Source of the DNA: a virus
Lineage: Duplodnaviria > Caudoviricetes
Strand: one strand, 5' to 3'
Virus record (IMG/VR): IMGVR_UViG_3300032330_001742
Location: 52,065-116,064 of that record
DNA: 64,000 nt
The position numbers and the translations under genes were made by a program. This document shows positions 9,687 through 19,318 of the stretch, one piece after another (position 1 is the stretch's first letter; every line of letters begins with the position of its first letter). Below the pieces are notes generated by a model. That model had not been told where the DNA came from and did no database searches. It was given only the letters and a program-made list of their open reading frames with translations.

Positions 9687-9757
9687 TAGGCCTAGAAGGT
9701 AACGCTCCTTCTTCTCAGGATTAAAAGTCCTGAGCATCACTTTAATGCTTTAGGCCC
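9687..9757 (-). tRNA. tRNA-Lys(UUU), atypical T loop
   Basis: GGGCCTA/TAGGCCT, CAGGA-CT TTT AA-TCCTG, T arm GAAGG-AGCGTTA-CCTTC. Confidence 0.75.
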
Positions 9758-9899
9758 ATATGTCAGATCAGTTTATCTTTCACCACACTGTAAGGTTTTG
9801 TAACCGAGTGCTCTGACAACACCGTGTAGGTTGCTCTAGAAACCCCTACATATTAGCGTAAACTTCCAACCAATGAGAAGCCATACTAATGTTACTTTG

Positions 9900-9972
9900 T
9901 GCCCCCAACGGGATTCGAACCCGTGTTACCGCCGTGAAAGGGCGATGTCCTAGGCCTCTAGACGATGGGGAC
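9900..9972 (-). tRNA. tRNA-Glu(UUC)
   Basis: GTCCCCA/TGGGGGC, CT TTC AC loop, TTCGAAT. Confidence 0.93.
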
Positions 9973-9974
9973 CT

Positions 9975-10048
9975 TGGAGCGGATGATGAGAATCGAACTC
10001 ACCCCTTCTGCTTGGAAGGCAGAGGCACTACCAATATGCAACATCCGC
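9975..10048 (-). tRNA. tRNA-Gly(UCC)
   Basis: GCGGATG/CATCCGC, TCTGC-CT TCC AA-GCAGA, TCCA end. Confidence 0.94.
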
Positions 10049-10054
10049 AATACT

Positions 10055-10537
10055 TTAAACTTTTTTATCTTTAATTTTTTTATACATATTTTTGTTTGGA
10101 TATAACTTTTCCATTTCTGCATCAAAATCTTCTGAACCAATCCAAAATATTTTATCTGATACATGCCAACAAAAGTTAATGTTATTAGACAAACAATATG
10201 ATATACCCCAGGATAGCACATCCGAGTCCATTTTTCTACCAGCCTCAACAAGCAATAAATATTCTATTGAGTTAATATCCTTTTTAACAAAAATTGATCC
10301 AACAACAGAAGGCTTTAAAGCAAGTGGTACACGCTCATTAATAAGCCACTCACACTCAAAATTTTTACATGGGTGCTGTGGTCTATCTTCATATTCTTTG
10401 CAGCCTTTTCCAATTTCTAGAAAATGACAATTTTTGCCAGGGTACATCTTATGACCACGAATATCTCCAGCAAGCCAACCTTCACAGCAACGTGTACAGT
10501 CACCGCAAGTACGATTAAGTAATGGTAGTTGTGTCAT
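10055..10537 (-). CDS. YkgJ-like Cys-cluster (Fe-S/Zn) protein
   Basis: CGDCTRCC...CHFL...C..YEDRP..PC..F.C.W. Confidence 0.7.
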   Translation of the reverse strand: MTQLPLLNRTCGDCTRCCEGWLAGDIRGHKMYPGKNCHFLEIGKGCKEYEDRPQHPCKNFECEWLINERVPLALKPSVVGSIFVKKDINSIEYLLLVEAGRKMDSDVLSWGISYCLSNNINFCWHVSDKIFWIGSEDFDAEMEKLYPNKNMYKKIKDKKV

Positions 10538-10545
10538 TGTTCCTC

Positions 10546-10701
10546 TTAGTAATTAGGTATGGATTTAATTCTTTTATTACAGACAGTGCAATTTGTATAT
10601 GTTCTCATTGTGAATGGACATGAGGAATCTATGGTATGTTTATGCCTACATGCTGATTGCTTTAAAAGCATCAGCGTTACCTTAAAAAACTCTTTGATCA
10701 T
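10546..10701 (-). CDS. Small Cys-containing hypothetical protein
   Basis: Leaderless ATG 6 nt after TGCTATACT; C.H...CPFT...C..C. Confidence 0.5.
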   Translation of the reverse strand: MIKEFFKVTLMLLKQSACRHKHTIDSSCPFTMRTYTNCTVCNKRIKSIPNY

Positions 10702-10736
10702 TACTTTAGTATAGCATCACCTGCTATAATTGTAAA

Positions 10737-11288
10737 GTGCAACCATACATCATTAAAAATTTTATTAGCAATGAAGATGCTAATTTAATAATAGAGTTTA
10801 TTGAAAAAAATGATAAACAGGATAGTGATAAAATTAAAAGAAGACTTATTCGTTTTGGAATAGATAATTTTAATGGTACAACAGGAACAGTTGATGAGGC
10901 AGGCCAAATTGGCCAGTTGGTAAAGTCACACGCTCTAAATGTTATTAATCTAATTAAAGATAAGCATGAAGATTCTTCAGAAATTTATCTATCTACACTG
11001 TGGCTATCAAAACAAATACCAGGGTCCAATGTTTTGGCTCACAGAGATACAGATGGTGGTATGAGCATGCACTATAAATATAGCGGAATTATATATTTAA
11101 ATACACAAGAAAATGGTGGAGAAATATCTTTTCCTAAACTTGGTATTGATTATAAACCAGAGGGTTGTGATCTAGTTTTCTTTAATTGCAGAGATAGAAG
11201 GTCTGTGCATAAAGTTAAAGAAACAACTCAAAATAGATATGCAATCCCAATGTGGTTTACTGATGATCCAAAATTTGCAATGGCTTAA
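10737..11288 (+). CDS. 2OG-Fe(II) oxygenase (P4H-like)
   Basis: HRD...IYLN...GGE...HKV...RY; leaderless GTG. Confidence 0.85.
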   Translation: MQPYIIKNFISNEDANLIIEFIEKNDKQDSDKIKRRLIRFGIDNFNGTTGTVDEAGQIGQLVKSHALNVINLIKDKHEDSSEIYLSTLWLSKQIPGSNVLAHRDTDGGMSMHYKYSGIIYLNTQENGGEISFPKLGIDYKPEGCDLVFFNCRDRRSVHKVKETTQNRYAIPMWFTDDPKFAMA

Positions 11289-11685
11289 GGTATCTAACTT
11301 CATCAATAATTTTATGTTTAAGTGCCTGATTAATCATTTGGTCTGAATATGAGTTTGGTTCTGGTGTATCAGAAAAATATACTACATAATACATGTGGCT
11401 GTATATTGTTTTCATAATTGCCCCATTGGCAATTGCTTTTTTTACATTATCTGTTCTTTTTGCTCCAGGCCTTTTCTTTTCGCCCTCTAGGCCACCCTTG
11501 CATTCAACATATTCATATCTTTCACCTTTAGCAAGATAATCAACCTCGCAACCAGTATTTTTCATATAAACATTTTTTTCTATTTCTACAAATCCTCTAG
11601 TAACCAAATCATTAAATACTAAATCTTCAAAAGCATCTCCAGATTTTTTAGATTGAGATTGAAAATTATTTTGATTATAGTTCAT
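11257..11685 (-). CDS. PD-(D/E)XK nuclease-like protein
   Basis: GDAFE...EVDY...YVECKGG. Confidence 0.7.
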   Translation of the reverse strand: MNYNQNNFQSQSKKSGDAFEDLVFNDLVTRGFVEIEKNVYMKNTGCEVDYLAKGERYEYVECKGGLEGEKKRPGAKRTDNVKKAIANGAIMKTIYSHMYYVVYFSDTPEPNSYSDQMINQALKHKIIDEVRYLKPLQILDHQ

Positions 11686-11719
11686 TAAACAATGGTACCA
11701 CATCTGATATAATAATTCA

Positions 11720-12379
11720 ATGACTATTTTTTTTAATCCATTTAGAAATATTGATCACCCCTATATTGAAAACTTAACGATATCTGAGCGTCAACTCAAA
11801 AGGGCAAAAGTTTATGAGAGCAGGTGGGTCTGGCTTTCCTCATTAAATCCTGGCGGTGAGATAATGGAGGTTGGAGTTGCAGCAGGAGATTTTTCGGAAT
11901 CAATAATTAAAAAAGCAATGCCTGAAAAATTATACCTTGTAGACACATACGAGCAAGGAGATATACAGTTAGCAAATTCTGCAAGAAAGCCTAGATATGA
12001 TATTGGTGAAAATTTAGATTATATAAAAAACAAATTTAAAGATAAAAAAGAAGTAGTTATTTTAGAAGGTTTGAGTCAAGACATACTGCCAGTTCTTGCA
12101 CGTGGATCACATAAGTTTGATATGATCTATTTAGATGCAATGCATACATTTGAAGAGGTATGTACTGATATAGAAAACTCAATTCCGCTCTTAAAAAGAG
12201 ATGGTATTTTAGCAATTAATGATTACGTACTTCGTGATGAAAATGGTGAAAACTATGGAGTTGTACAGGCTGTAAATCAATTTCTTTATGCAAATCCTCA
12301 ATGGCAAGTAATAGGCTTGGCACTAGATAATAGAATGTATATGGATATTTATTTACAAAAGTCTTATGCACCGTTGTAG
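11720..12379 (+). CDS. Class I SAM methyltransferase (Methyltransf_24-like)
   Basis: MEVGVAAGDFS, FDMIYLDAMH, GILAINDY, YGVVQAVN. Confidence 0.85.
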   Translation: MTIFFNPFRNIDHPYIENLTISERQLKRAKVYESRWVWLSSLNPGGEIMEVGVAAGDFSESIIKKAMPEKLYLVDTYEQGDIQLANSARKPRYDIGENLDYIKNKFKDKKEVVILEGLSQDILPVLARGSHKFDMIYLDAMHTFEEVCTDIENSIPLLKRDGILAINDYVLRDENGENYGVVQAVNQFLYANPQWQVIGLALDNRMYMDIYLQKSYAPL

Positions 12380-12862
12380 CAAAGAATTATAAAGTTCCCA
12401 AGATTTTTCTAAATTATAATTCTTTGTATTTAGTTCTTGTTCAGGTCCACCTTCAGGCTCATACTTATTTACATGTACATCTGTTTTGTTTATTACATCA
12501 TTACGTAAAGACTCTCTTCCAGTCTTTGTTTTATAATTTTGTTCATCTAAGTTTAACTTATCAAACAAATCAATTATAAAGTAATTAGTTTTATTAACAA
12601 CATCGTCCTCATGATATAGATATTGCGCTTTTGCAGCATCTTCTAGTGTTTTGTTATATAAGGATATAAAAAGTTCTAGAGTTGGATTATCTTGTGCTCT
12701 TCCAATAGATTTAATTGGATCATCAATAATTGCTACAGTAACAACATCTTCTGTCTCACTATTAAACTTAAGAGGTACATGTGGAACTTGAATTCGCTGC
12801 TCAATATGAGCCTCTGCTATATTTTTTGCGGGACCAGGGTAAGAAATTAAGTTAAGATTCAT
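12353..12862 (-). CDS. Hypothetical protein
   Basis: 169-aa ORF with leaderless promoter TGGTATACT. Confidence 0.6.
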   Translation of the reverse strand: MNLNLISYPGPAKNIAEAHIEQRIQVPHVPLKFNSETEDVVTVAIIDDPIKSIGRAQDNPTLELFISLYNKTLEDAAKAQYLYHEDDVVNKTNYFIIDLFDKLNLDEQNYKTKTGRESLRNDVINKTDVHVNKYEPEGGPEQELNTKNYNLEKSWELYNSLLQRCIRLL

Positions 12863-12988
12863 AAGTATTAGTATACCAGAGCAGATTCAAAAGCATCGTC
12901 ATCATTTGTGCATTCAGAGTGGTACATGGCAAAAAATACTTTATCCCGATCTGTCTCATATGGCATTACCTTACCGCATACGCACTCT

Positions 12989-13198
12989 TTATTCATCACG
13001 CTTCCAGTGCATGTATGACCTTATGTAAGTGGCTGCATAAGCCAAGGATGCAAAGATAAAACCATATTGACGGGTAGTTATGGCATAAACCATCCACAAA
13101 CACTCATTAAACAAGAGTACAAACCAACCCCATATGGTCTTACGACCAACAAAGAAGATTCCTGTAACCCCAATCAGGGCTAGTACCCATGACCACAT
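12989..13198 (-). CDS. Small membrane protein, PnuC-like
   Basis: Three hydrophobic helices, K..WGW, W..YAI...QYGF. Confidence 0.55.
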   Translation of the reverse strand: MWSWVLALIGVTGIFFVGRKTIWGWFVLLFNECLWMVYAITTRQYGFIFASLAYAATYIRSYMHWKRDE

Positions 13199-13625
13199 TT
13201 ACTTTGAAGAAGCCAAAGCCATAACTGCGTCACATGGACAAATGATAGATTCTGGTAGTTCATGAACCTTTGTTGTAATTACAATAGATGTCTTGCATTC
13301 TTCACACTTATATGTATTTTTCATATATCAATCATACCATAGTTACGATACTAAGCCAATAACAACGTGGTCTTTACAAACAAGAGACATAAAATAGTCT
13401 GGATCTTCTCCAACTAACTGTGTATAATCACCTGGCTTATCGCAATAGTGACACTTATCTTGGGGTCTATTTTCAATCATTATCTGATTATATCATACTA
13501 GACCTTATTTGTTATGTTCTTCTACCTTATCTTTAGGCACCCAAACTTTTTTACCATCTTTATATACAGGCCAATAACCTAATGAACGCCAGTCCATATT
13601 CATAATTTTTGGATCTTTTGGCATT

Positions 13626-14159
13626 TTACTCGTATACGTTAATAATAATATGAATGCGTGGCTCAGTGCCATCATTTCTTACACCATGATTACGCAAATT
13701 ATCAATTTCCCAAACTGAGTTAAGTGGCATATTGAACTCACCATCTTCAAACCTATAGAAAGCCTGATCATTTGTTAAAATAGGGAAGTGAACACGGTGA
13801 ATATTTTCTAAGAAATCTCCACCATCTTGATGCATTTGAATTCTATGACCAACCCCCAAACGAGCAACAAGTGCAACATATTCACGCATATTTGGAAATT
13901 TGTTCTTTAGATAGTCTAAGTATGGTTGAAGCACTTTTTCATATTTATCAAAAAGTGGCATATTTTCAATAGTGTCGTTTGTATATTTTTTTGAATGTCT
14001 AAGAACAATAGAGTCATAAGAGGACTTGCCGTAATTGTCTACCATAGACTTTCGGTAATCAAGAACTCCCCAGTCCTCTTCATCCATTACGCTCATGAAG
14101 TTGGCAGCAAATTCTGCTGGAACATCTTCCATTCTGATATAAGGTACGTCTAAATGCAT
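13626..14159 (-). CDS. Aspartyl/asparaginyl beta-hydroxylase-like 2OG oxygenase
   Basis: HQD.G...HRVHFPILTN...WEIDN...HGVRN.G...RIHII. Confidence 0.85.
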   Translation of the reverse strand: MHLDVPYIRMEDVPAEFAANFMSVMDEEDWGVLDYRKSMVDNYGKSSYDSIVLRHSKKYTNDTIENMPLFDKYEKVLQPYLDYLKNKFPNMREYVALVARLGVGHRIQMHQDGGDFLENIHRVHFPILTNDQAFYRFEDGEFNMPLNSVWEIDNLRNHGVRNDGTEPRIHIIINVYE

Positions 14160-14244
14160 TTTAATCCTCCATTAATTCTTTTATTATACAGCAAATTTAT
14201 AATATTCCCAATCAATATTATTAATGCTAAGCCAATCTAAATAA

Positions 14245-14610
14245 TTAACTATCATTGCTTAAGGCCCTTGCTTCTGCTTTTCGCATAAAGGTTCTGTGTC
14301 TATGGCAATTGGCACAAACTATCTCACATTTTGCTATCTCAGCATTAACTGAGTCTAGACCTCTGCCTTTAACTCCAGAAGATGATAGAGCAAAAGACTT
14401 CTCAAACTCTGGTAAGTGATCAAAATCCAAAACATGCGGGGGATAATCAATTCCACAATCAACACAGATAGGATTATTAGCCTTATGGTCAGACACATAC
14501 TTTCTAATCCAAGAGACCTTAGATTTTATATCAATTAATCTTGCTTCTTTATTGCGCTGATACCATAAGCGCTGAACACGATTACGCTCTTCTCTATTTT
14601 TAATAGGCAT
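14245..14610 (-). CDS. HNH-like zinc-binding endonuclease family protein
   Basis: CVDCG...LDFDHL...EIAKCEIVCANCHRHRT; paralogue of 890-1156. Confidence 0.75.
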   Translation of the reverse strand: MPIKNREERNRVQRLWYQRNKEARLIDIKSKVSWIRKYVSDHKANNPICVDCGIDYPPHVLDFDHLPEFEKSFALSSSGVKGRGLDSVNAEIAKCEIVCANCHRHRTFMRKAEARALSNDS

Positions 14611-14831
14611 TAATAACCACCCATACACTCATTTCTTGTATGATATAGCCTAATCTTATTCATAATCTTTTTGTTAGGAGCATAGAGTTCTTCTCCACAG
14701 CAAGGTGTAGTTAGATGCCATTCTTTAGCAAAGAAGTCATAGACAAAGCCTTTAGCATTAGCATACTTGTTGGCTACAAAAATCTCAAATGGATCTGGAA
14801 TCTCTAGATTGATCATTGAGGCGGTACACAT
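14610..14831 (-). CDS. Hypothetical protein
   Basis: 73-aa ORF coupled to neighbour. Confidence 0.55.
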   Translation of the reverse strand: MCTASMINLEIPDPFEIFVANKYANAKGFVYDFFAKEWHLTTPCCGEELYAPNKKIMNKIRLYHTRNECMGGY

Positions 14832-15386
14832 TCAGAACAAAATGCTACACCTGTTTTAGCAACACGAGCATTGACAGGATTAACATAGACAGCATCTGCT
14901 TTATCAATATGTCTGCGACATACATAACATTTAGTCATTGGTGCTCTTTCTTAATATGATTAGTTAGAGTATGGTGTGCAAAAGGTGACCTAACCTCAAT
15001 CTCACGTTTACAGTTAGGACAGATAACGATTCTAGTACTCAATGCTAAACCAGAACCATAGGAAGTCTATGCTGAACTGATATCGATCAATACGAAAGCC
15101 TAGACCAAAGCCTTTAGAGTAGCCAATATGAACCCATTTGCCTTTGATATCAAACTCTTTATTCATTGGAGTATTCGTAATCTAATAGGTACTTAATGCT
15201 GTTCAAAAGTGCGAGGGCAATGAATGCACTCTTCCAATAATTAATCTTATCATCCATAAACGATAGTCCAAGAGCCATACCTAGTATAAAAGGCGCTCCG
15301 TTAATAAGGGATCTATATATTTTAGTCATAATACAATTGTATCAGATAGGGTGGTTTGGGTCAAGTGTGTTATACTGAAAATGCAA

Positions 15387-15457
15387 TTCGGGTTCGTATA
15401 ATGGTAGTACTCCAGGTTCCGAACCTGATAACGATGGATCGTAACCATCACCCGAAG
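15387..15457 (+). tRNA. tRNA with CCG anticodon (nominal Arg), atypical body
   Basis: TTCGGGT/ACCCGAA acceptor, CAGG-TT CCG AA-CCTG, T arm GATGG-ATCGTAA-CCATC; own promoter TGTTATACT just upstream. Confidence 0.7.
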
Positions 15458-15655
15458 CAATCTTTAAAGTTCGGCGCAAAATAGAGTTACCAAACCTTTC
15501 TATGCCCTACAAGGGCACTATCGGTTAGTCTTCTCAGTTTTACGCTTTTTCAAGGGGTAAACAAAAAGATACAGTAAACTCTCTATAATCGCTATACTAC
15601 AAACACCTAGCATAAAGTAAATCCAATAGATATATAGAACCCATACATCTTTCAT

Positions 15656-15844
15656 TTATTTACATGCCAAACAATAGTATGGGCTACGAAGGTTATCCAC
15701 ATGTGTTTGTATTCTTTGAGAACATTTAGAGCATGTAGCCAAAACCATGTTTGGATCTTTTTCTGATATTTCTATAGTAAATTGTTTTGTATAGTAGATT
15801 TTTGTAGCATACCATGTTGCTGCCATAAGGATTAAAGTAATCAT
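15656..15844 (-). CDS. Small TM + zinc-ribbon protein
   Basis: N-terminal hydrophobic helix, CSKC...CLAC. Confidence 0.55.
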   Translation of the reverse strand: MITLILMAATWYATKIYYTKQFTIEISEKDPNMVLATCSKCSQRIQTHVDNLRSPYYCLACK

Positions 15845-15876
15845 ATATACATCATATCACATCAAAGTTAACAGGT

Positions 15877-15929
15877 TTATCCACAGTTTAATAGGCTCAA
15901 AAATGTTAGTTATCCACATGTTATCCACA
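15877..15929 (+). promoter_or_regulatory. Three perfect DnaA boxes (TTATCCACA), candidate origin
   Basis: Exact 9-mers at 15877, 15910, 15921 in a 450-bp non-coding region with an AT-rich tract. Confidence 0.7.
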
Positions 15930-16299
15930 TATAAATCTTACTGATTATTTAATTAGATAGTCTAGAAGTGGAGTGTTGTGGAGGATAGTGGAGCATTGAG
16001 CACTTTAAAGAGGGCGTTCGTAATCCCCGCTTTTTTCAAACCTCCATATCCAAACCTTATACCACATATCCAAACCTTTGTCAAACCTTTATATCTGCCA
16101 AATTGGGATGCATTATATATCAAACATTAGTGTTTGTCAACTTTGTTTTGACACAAAACATTATGACATCGTAAAGGATTTTTGGCAAATTTTGAGTTAA
16201 ATCGTAATAAATTTAATTAGATTGTTTTAAATTAAAATATATCAAACAAAATGTTTGAAAACAATTAAATACTATTGTTTGTCTATATAGGAGTGTTTG

Positions 16300-16578
16300 T
16301 TACTCTTCAAAGGATGATAGATTATCAAAGAGATCTATTGGTATCCCCTGGGAAAATTGGTATACCTCTGCGTATGCCTGGCCTAGCGCCTCGGCTGCGT
16401 CTGAGTCCTTGTAGTCTATGGCATCGGCCAGAAAATCGGGGGTAAAAGAAAAGAAACGATTGACTATAGGAACATGCTTCGTAATAGATACAAAACTATT
16501 CCACATAGAGTTAGAAAATGCTTCATATTCTTTTGGTTGTTGCTTTGCATAGTTTGCAAAGTGATGTCTTGGACTCAT
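16300..16578 (-). CDS. Hypothetical protein
   Basis: Leaderless start MSPRHH 6 nt after TGGTATAAT. Confidence 0.55.
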   Translation of the reverse strand: MSPRHHFANYAKQQPKEYEAFSNSMWNSFVSITKHVPIVNRFFSFTPDFLADAIDYKDSDAAEALGQAYAEVYQFSQGIPIDLFDNLSSFEE

Positions 16579-16701
16579 AAAATTATTATACCATTGTTTG
16601 ACAAATAGAAGGTTTGGCGATATAATCCATGGATCGTAATATGGGGATCGTAAAGGTCGGTTCGTAATCCTTTTTAGCCGAAGCCGAGCCGAAACAAGTA
16701 A

Positions 16702-16717
16702 GGGGGCTTTCGCCCCC
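16702..16717. terminator. GC hairpin GGGGGC-TTTC-GCCCCC
   Basis: Perfect stem just downstream of the minus-strand early gene run. Confidence 0.55.
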
Positions 16718-16722
16718 AAACC

Positions 16723-16980
16723 TTATCCTATTGAAAATATCTCATTCAATGTTTCAAACCCTTTATCCTCTAGGCTCATAGCCTCTAGCAATAGGTCAAA
16801 GGATTCATTGATATAAGCCTCAGCCACTACTGTAGACTTTACAATATCCTCATGAATAGCAAAAGCCAAAGACAATCCCAAATCATTATATTCCATATAG
16901 TCTGATAGTTCTGTTTCATCTTTGTATTGCATCCACAGATCAGATAGGATTTCACAACGCTTCTCAATACTTGTATTCAT
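16723..16980 (-). CDS. Hypothetical acidic protein
   Basis: SD GAGAG; MNTSIEKRCEILSDLW. Confidence 0.65.
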   Translation of the reverse strand: MNTSIEKRCEILSDLWMQYKDETELSDYMEYNDLGLSLAFAIHEDIVKSTVVAEAYINESFDLLLEAMSLEDKGFETLNEIFSIG

Positions 16981-17161
16981 TATGGCTCTCTTCCTTTTCA
17001 TACTGTGCTGACTCTGCTACAGTTATAAGTCTATTATACACGACAGTAGGTGATATCTTTGCCAAGTATCTACCCACCATTTCTATATCTAGTCTTAGGT
17101 CTGATAAGATATTATTTAGTTTAATTACCGCTTTTTCTTCCTCTGTTATTCTGTGTCTCAT
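16964..17161 (-). CDS. Hypothetical protein
   Basis: SD AGGAG; MRHRITEEEK. Confidence 0.6.
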   Translation of the reverse strand: MRHRITEEEKAVIKLNNILSDLRLDIEMVGRYLAKISPTVVYNRLITVAESAQYEKEESHNEYKY

Positions 17162-17234
17162 ACTACTCCTAACGCTCCAGTATATCAAAAATAGGAGGAA
17201 GGGGCAAGCCACCCAATAGCCTGCCCCATTCCTA

Positions 17235-17606
17235 TTAGACGCTGAGGAGAGACCCAGTATCCTCAGCCACAGTGGCATATGCCGCCACAAACTTATCCCA
17301 AGTAACAGGGACATTATCAGTAACAGTCTTATTAGTAAAGTCAATGACTACGGTTTGTTCACCTAGGTCATAGTTCTCACCATTAACTGCATAAATTCCA
17401 AACCCTGTCTCATCCAAAACATTATGTTGAATAAGATAACTAATCATCATACGGGTGCCATATGAAGAATCAGACCAACGTGGACGTGCATGCTGCAGGG
17501 CACCTGCAATGTCAGTCTCCCAGCCATCTTGGCCCCAATGGCTGTATAAGACAACGCTAGGACCTGACTCTGAGTCTTTAAATACAAAGTTAATACGTGC
17601 TCCCAT
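17235..17606 (-). CDS. Conserved phage hypothetical protein
   Basis: MGARINFVF...VVLYSHWG...RWSDSSYGTR. Confidence 0.7.
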   Translation of the reverse strand: MGARINFVFKDSESGPSVVLYSHWGQDGWETDIAGALQHARPRWSDSSYGTRMMISYLIQHNVLDETGFGIYAVNGENYDLGEQTVVIDFTNKTVTDNVPVTWDKFVAAYATVAEDTGSLLSV

Positions 17607-17607
17607 T

Positions 17608-17799
17608 TTATTCCTCTTCCTCTTCTTCTTGCTCTTCTACGGATTCTACTTCTATAGGATACCAGTCAATGGCGTATTCTTCAATGTCACCTTCAAGTTC
17701 TAACTGTCTTACTTGATCTTCAGCATCCATCTCATCAGGTGCTTCAATCTCAAACTCGTAGTGGGTTTCTCGTGTTGCAGTAACTGTATATCTAGGCAT
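17608..17799 (-). CDS. Small acidic hypothetical protein
   Basis: ORF in operon; FEIEA.DE.DAE pattern. Confidence 0.6.
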   Translation of the reverse strand: MPRYTVTATRETHYEFEIEAPDEMDAEDQVRQLELEGDIEEYAIDWYPIEVESVEEQEEEEEE

Positions 17800-18223
17800 A
17801 TGCTTTCTCTACTTCCTCTAGTTGTTCGGGGGTTGCACATTCAGGGCAGCATTCGAAGTCATAGAACTTCTCATTAATTAGTTGGCCATCATCTTCAATC
17901 TCAGCACCGCAGCCTTCGCAGTAGTACCAATAGGAACTAACTTTGATTTGAATGGTAGTATCAGCGGGACAAGGGACCTCAGTAATGAAGTAACCAATAC
18001 GATTAACAAAAGACCAACCATTCCAAACATAACTACCACCATCATCGCCATCGCCATAAGTCCAGATATAAGAACCATCTTGCTCCTTTACAAAAGCAAC
18101 TTCGTCGCCATATGTTTCAAACATTGCTCCATCAAATGAGGCATTTGTATCTATATGGTTTTGAATAGGCTTGTATACATCACACCATTCATCAAAATCC
18201 ATTTCAATAAATGTATCAGGCAT
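17792..18223 (-). CDS. Hypothetical protein with C-terminal zinc ribbon
   Basis: MFETYG...IWT...G...VNRIGYFITE; CEGC...CPEC. Confidence 0.7.
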   Translation of the reverse strand: MPDTFIEMDFDEWCDVYKPIQNHIDTNASFDGAMFETYGDEVAFVKEQDGSYIWTYGDGDDGGSYVWNGWSFVNRIGYFITEVPCPADTTIQIKVSSYWYYCEGCGAEIEDDGQLINEKFYDFECCPECATPEQLEEVEKAYA

Positions 18224-18488
18224 TTGCGTATCTGTCCTTTACTTCTAGTAGGATTAGGTCTACATATTCTACAGCACCCTCTAGATAATTATATATTGGG
18301 TCTGCTCCATCTGCAAGTTCAAGGCGTTCTTCTAACTCATTTTTTTCATTCTCAATATAGTTAATGATACCCTCGATAAAATTAATAGCGTCGTCACGTT
18401 CACATGTGCCACATTGGGCTGTTTCATCATTTGTATAAGTTATGCTACAGCCACAACCTGCACACCATGATTCATCATGCATGCCCAT
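18216..18488 (-). CDS. Hypothetical zinc-binding protein
   Basis: CAGC...CGTC. Confidence 0.6.
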   Translation of the reverse strand: MGMHDESWCAGCGCSITYTNDETAQCGTCERDDAINFIEGIINYIENEKNELEERLELADGADPIYNYLEGAVEYVDLILLEVKDRYANA

Positions 18489-18718
18489 TAGAGTTCCTCG
18501 ATATCATTTTGGTCAACAATAGCGATTGGTGGATTGTATGCTTCTCCATATACTATTGCATATGCCATACCTAATCCTTCTGCATACCCTTGCGCTTCTG
18601 TACGTTCCATAGATTTCATTGCGTCTGAGTATCCGTCCTCTGCTTCCTCTGTAGCGATTTCATTAAAATCACTCCAAGCATTGGTAATCATTGTCTGTAG
18701 TGCTTCTTGTGGGTTCAT
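18488..18718 (-). CDS. Hypothetical protein
   Basis: Coupled ORF with SD. Confidence 0.6.
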   Translation of the reverse strand: MNPQEALQTMITNAWSDFNEIATEEAEDGYSDAMKSMERTEAQGYAEGLGMAYAIVYGEAYNPPIAIVDQNDIEEL

Positions 18719-18951
18719 TGGGTCTCCTCTATGTGTTTTCTGTCTATAGATAAATTATATGTCATAGCGTACATATTTGTCAAGGCTTCCATATAACCCT
18801 CAAGGAATCGATCAGGGTTATCTTTCATAGCCTCTTGGCACTCTAGCATTTCTACTTTAAGGTGTCCATGCATTAAATCAATTAATGGGATAGTTATATC
18901 TTCCAAACCTTTTATTAAATGTTCGGGGATGAAGGGATACTTATCGCTCAT
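18715..18951 (-). CDS. Hypothetical protein
   Basis: Coupled ORF with SD AGGAG. Confidence 0.6.
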   Translation of the reverse strand: MSDKYPFIPEHLIKGLEDITIPLIDLMHGHLKVEMLECQEAMKDNPDRFLEGYMEALTNMYAMTYNLSIDRKHIEETQ

Positions 18952-19102
18952 CTAATACTCCTAATATATGATTAAGAGCATACTGTTGTCCATTAAGGTG
19001 GATGATAGAATCTCTATCTCCGTCAGGTACCTTATCATAGTCTTGTTGGACACTGATAAGATGTATTTTTATATATTCTTTTAGTGTGTTTAGGTCCATA
19101 TA

Positions 19103-19318
19103 TTAATTATAGGGGTTTGAGTTGATTTTTACAAGGTTTGAAGGTGTGATACTAATCACAGGAGCCATCTGCTCAGGTTCTACGGCGGTACGGGTAACGA
19201 AGGTATCAATACCACATACACAGCCTGGATCCATCACGGGAGCCTTATTAGTAATAACCTCAATAAGAGAGTCACACTCAGTACATAGATAACTATACTT
19301 AGTCCACATATTATTCAT
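19103..19318 (-). CDS. Hypothetical zinc-ribbon protein
   Basis: Y.CTECD...CVCG. Confidence 0.6.
   Translation of the reverse strand: MNNMWTKYSYLCTECDSLIEVITNKAPVMDPGCVCGIDTFVTRTAVEPEQMAPVISITPSNLVKINSNPYN

Noticed and set aside
9889-10251. ORFs 9889-10074 and 9958-10251
   Set aside because: They run through tRNA-Glu/Gly and the real 10055-10537 gene
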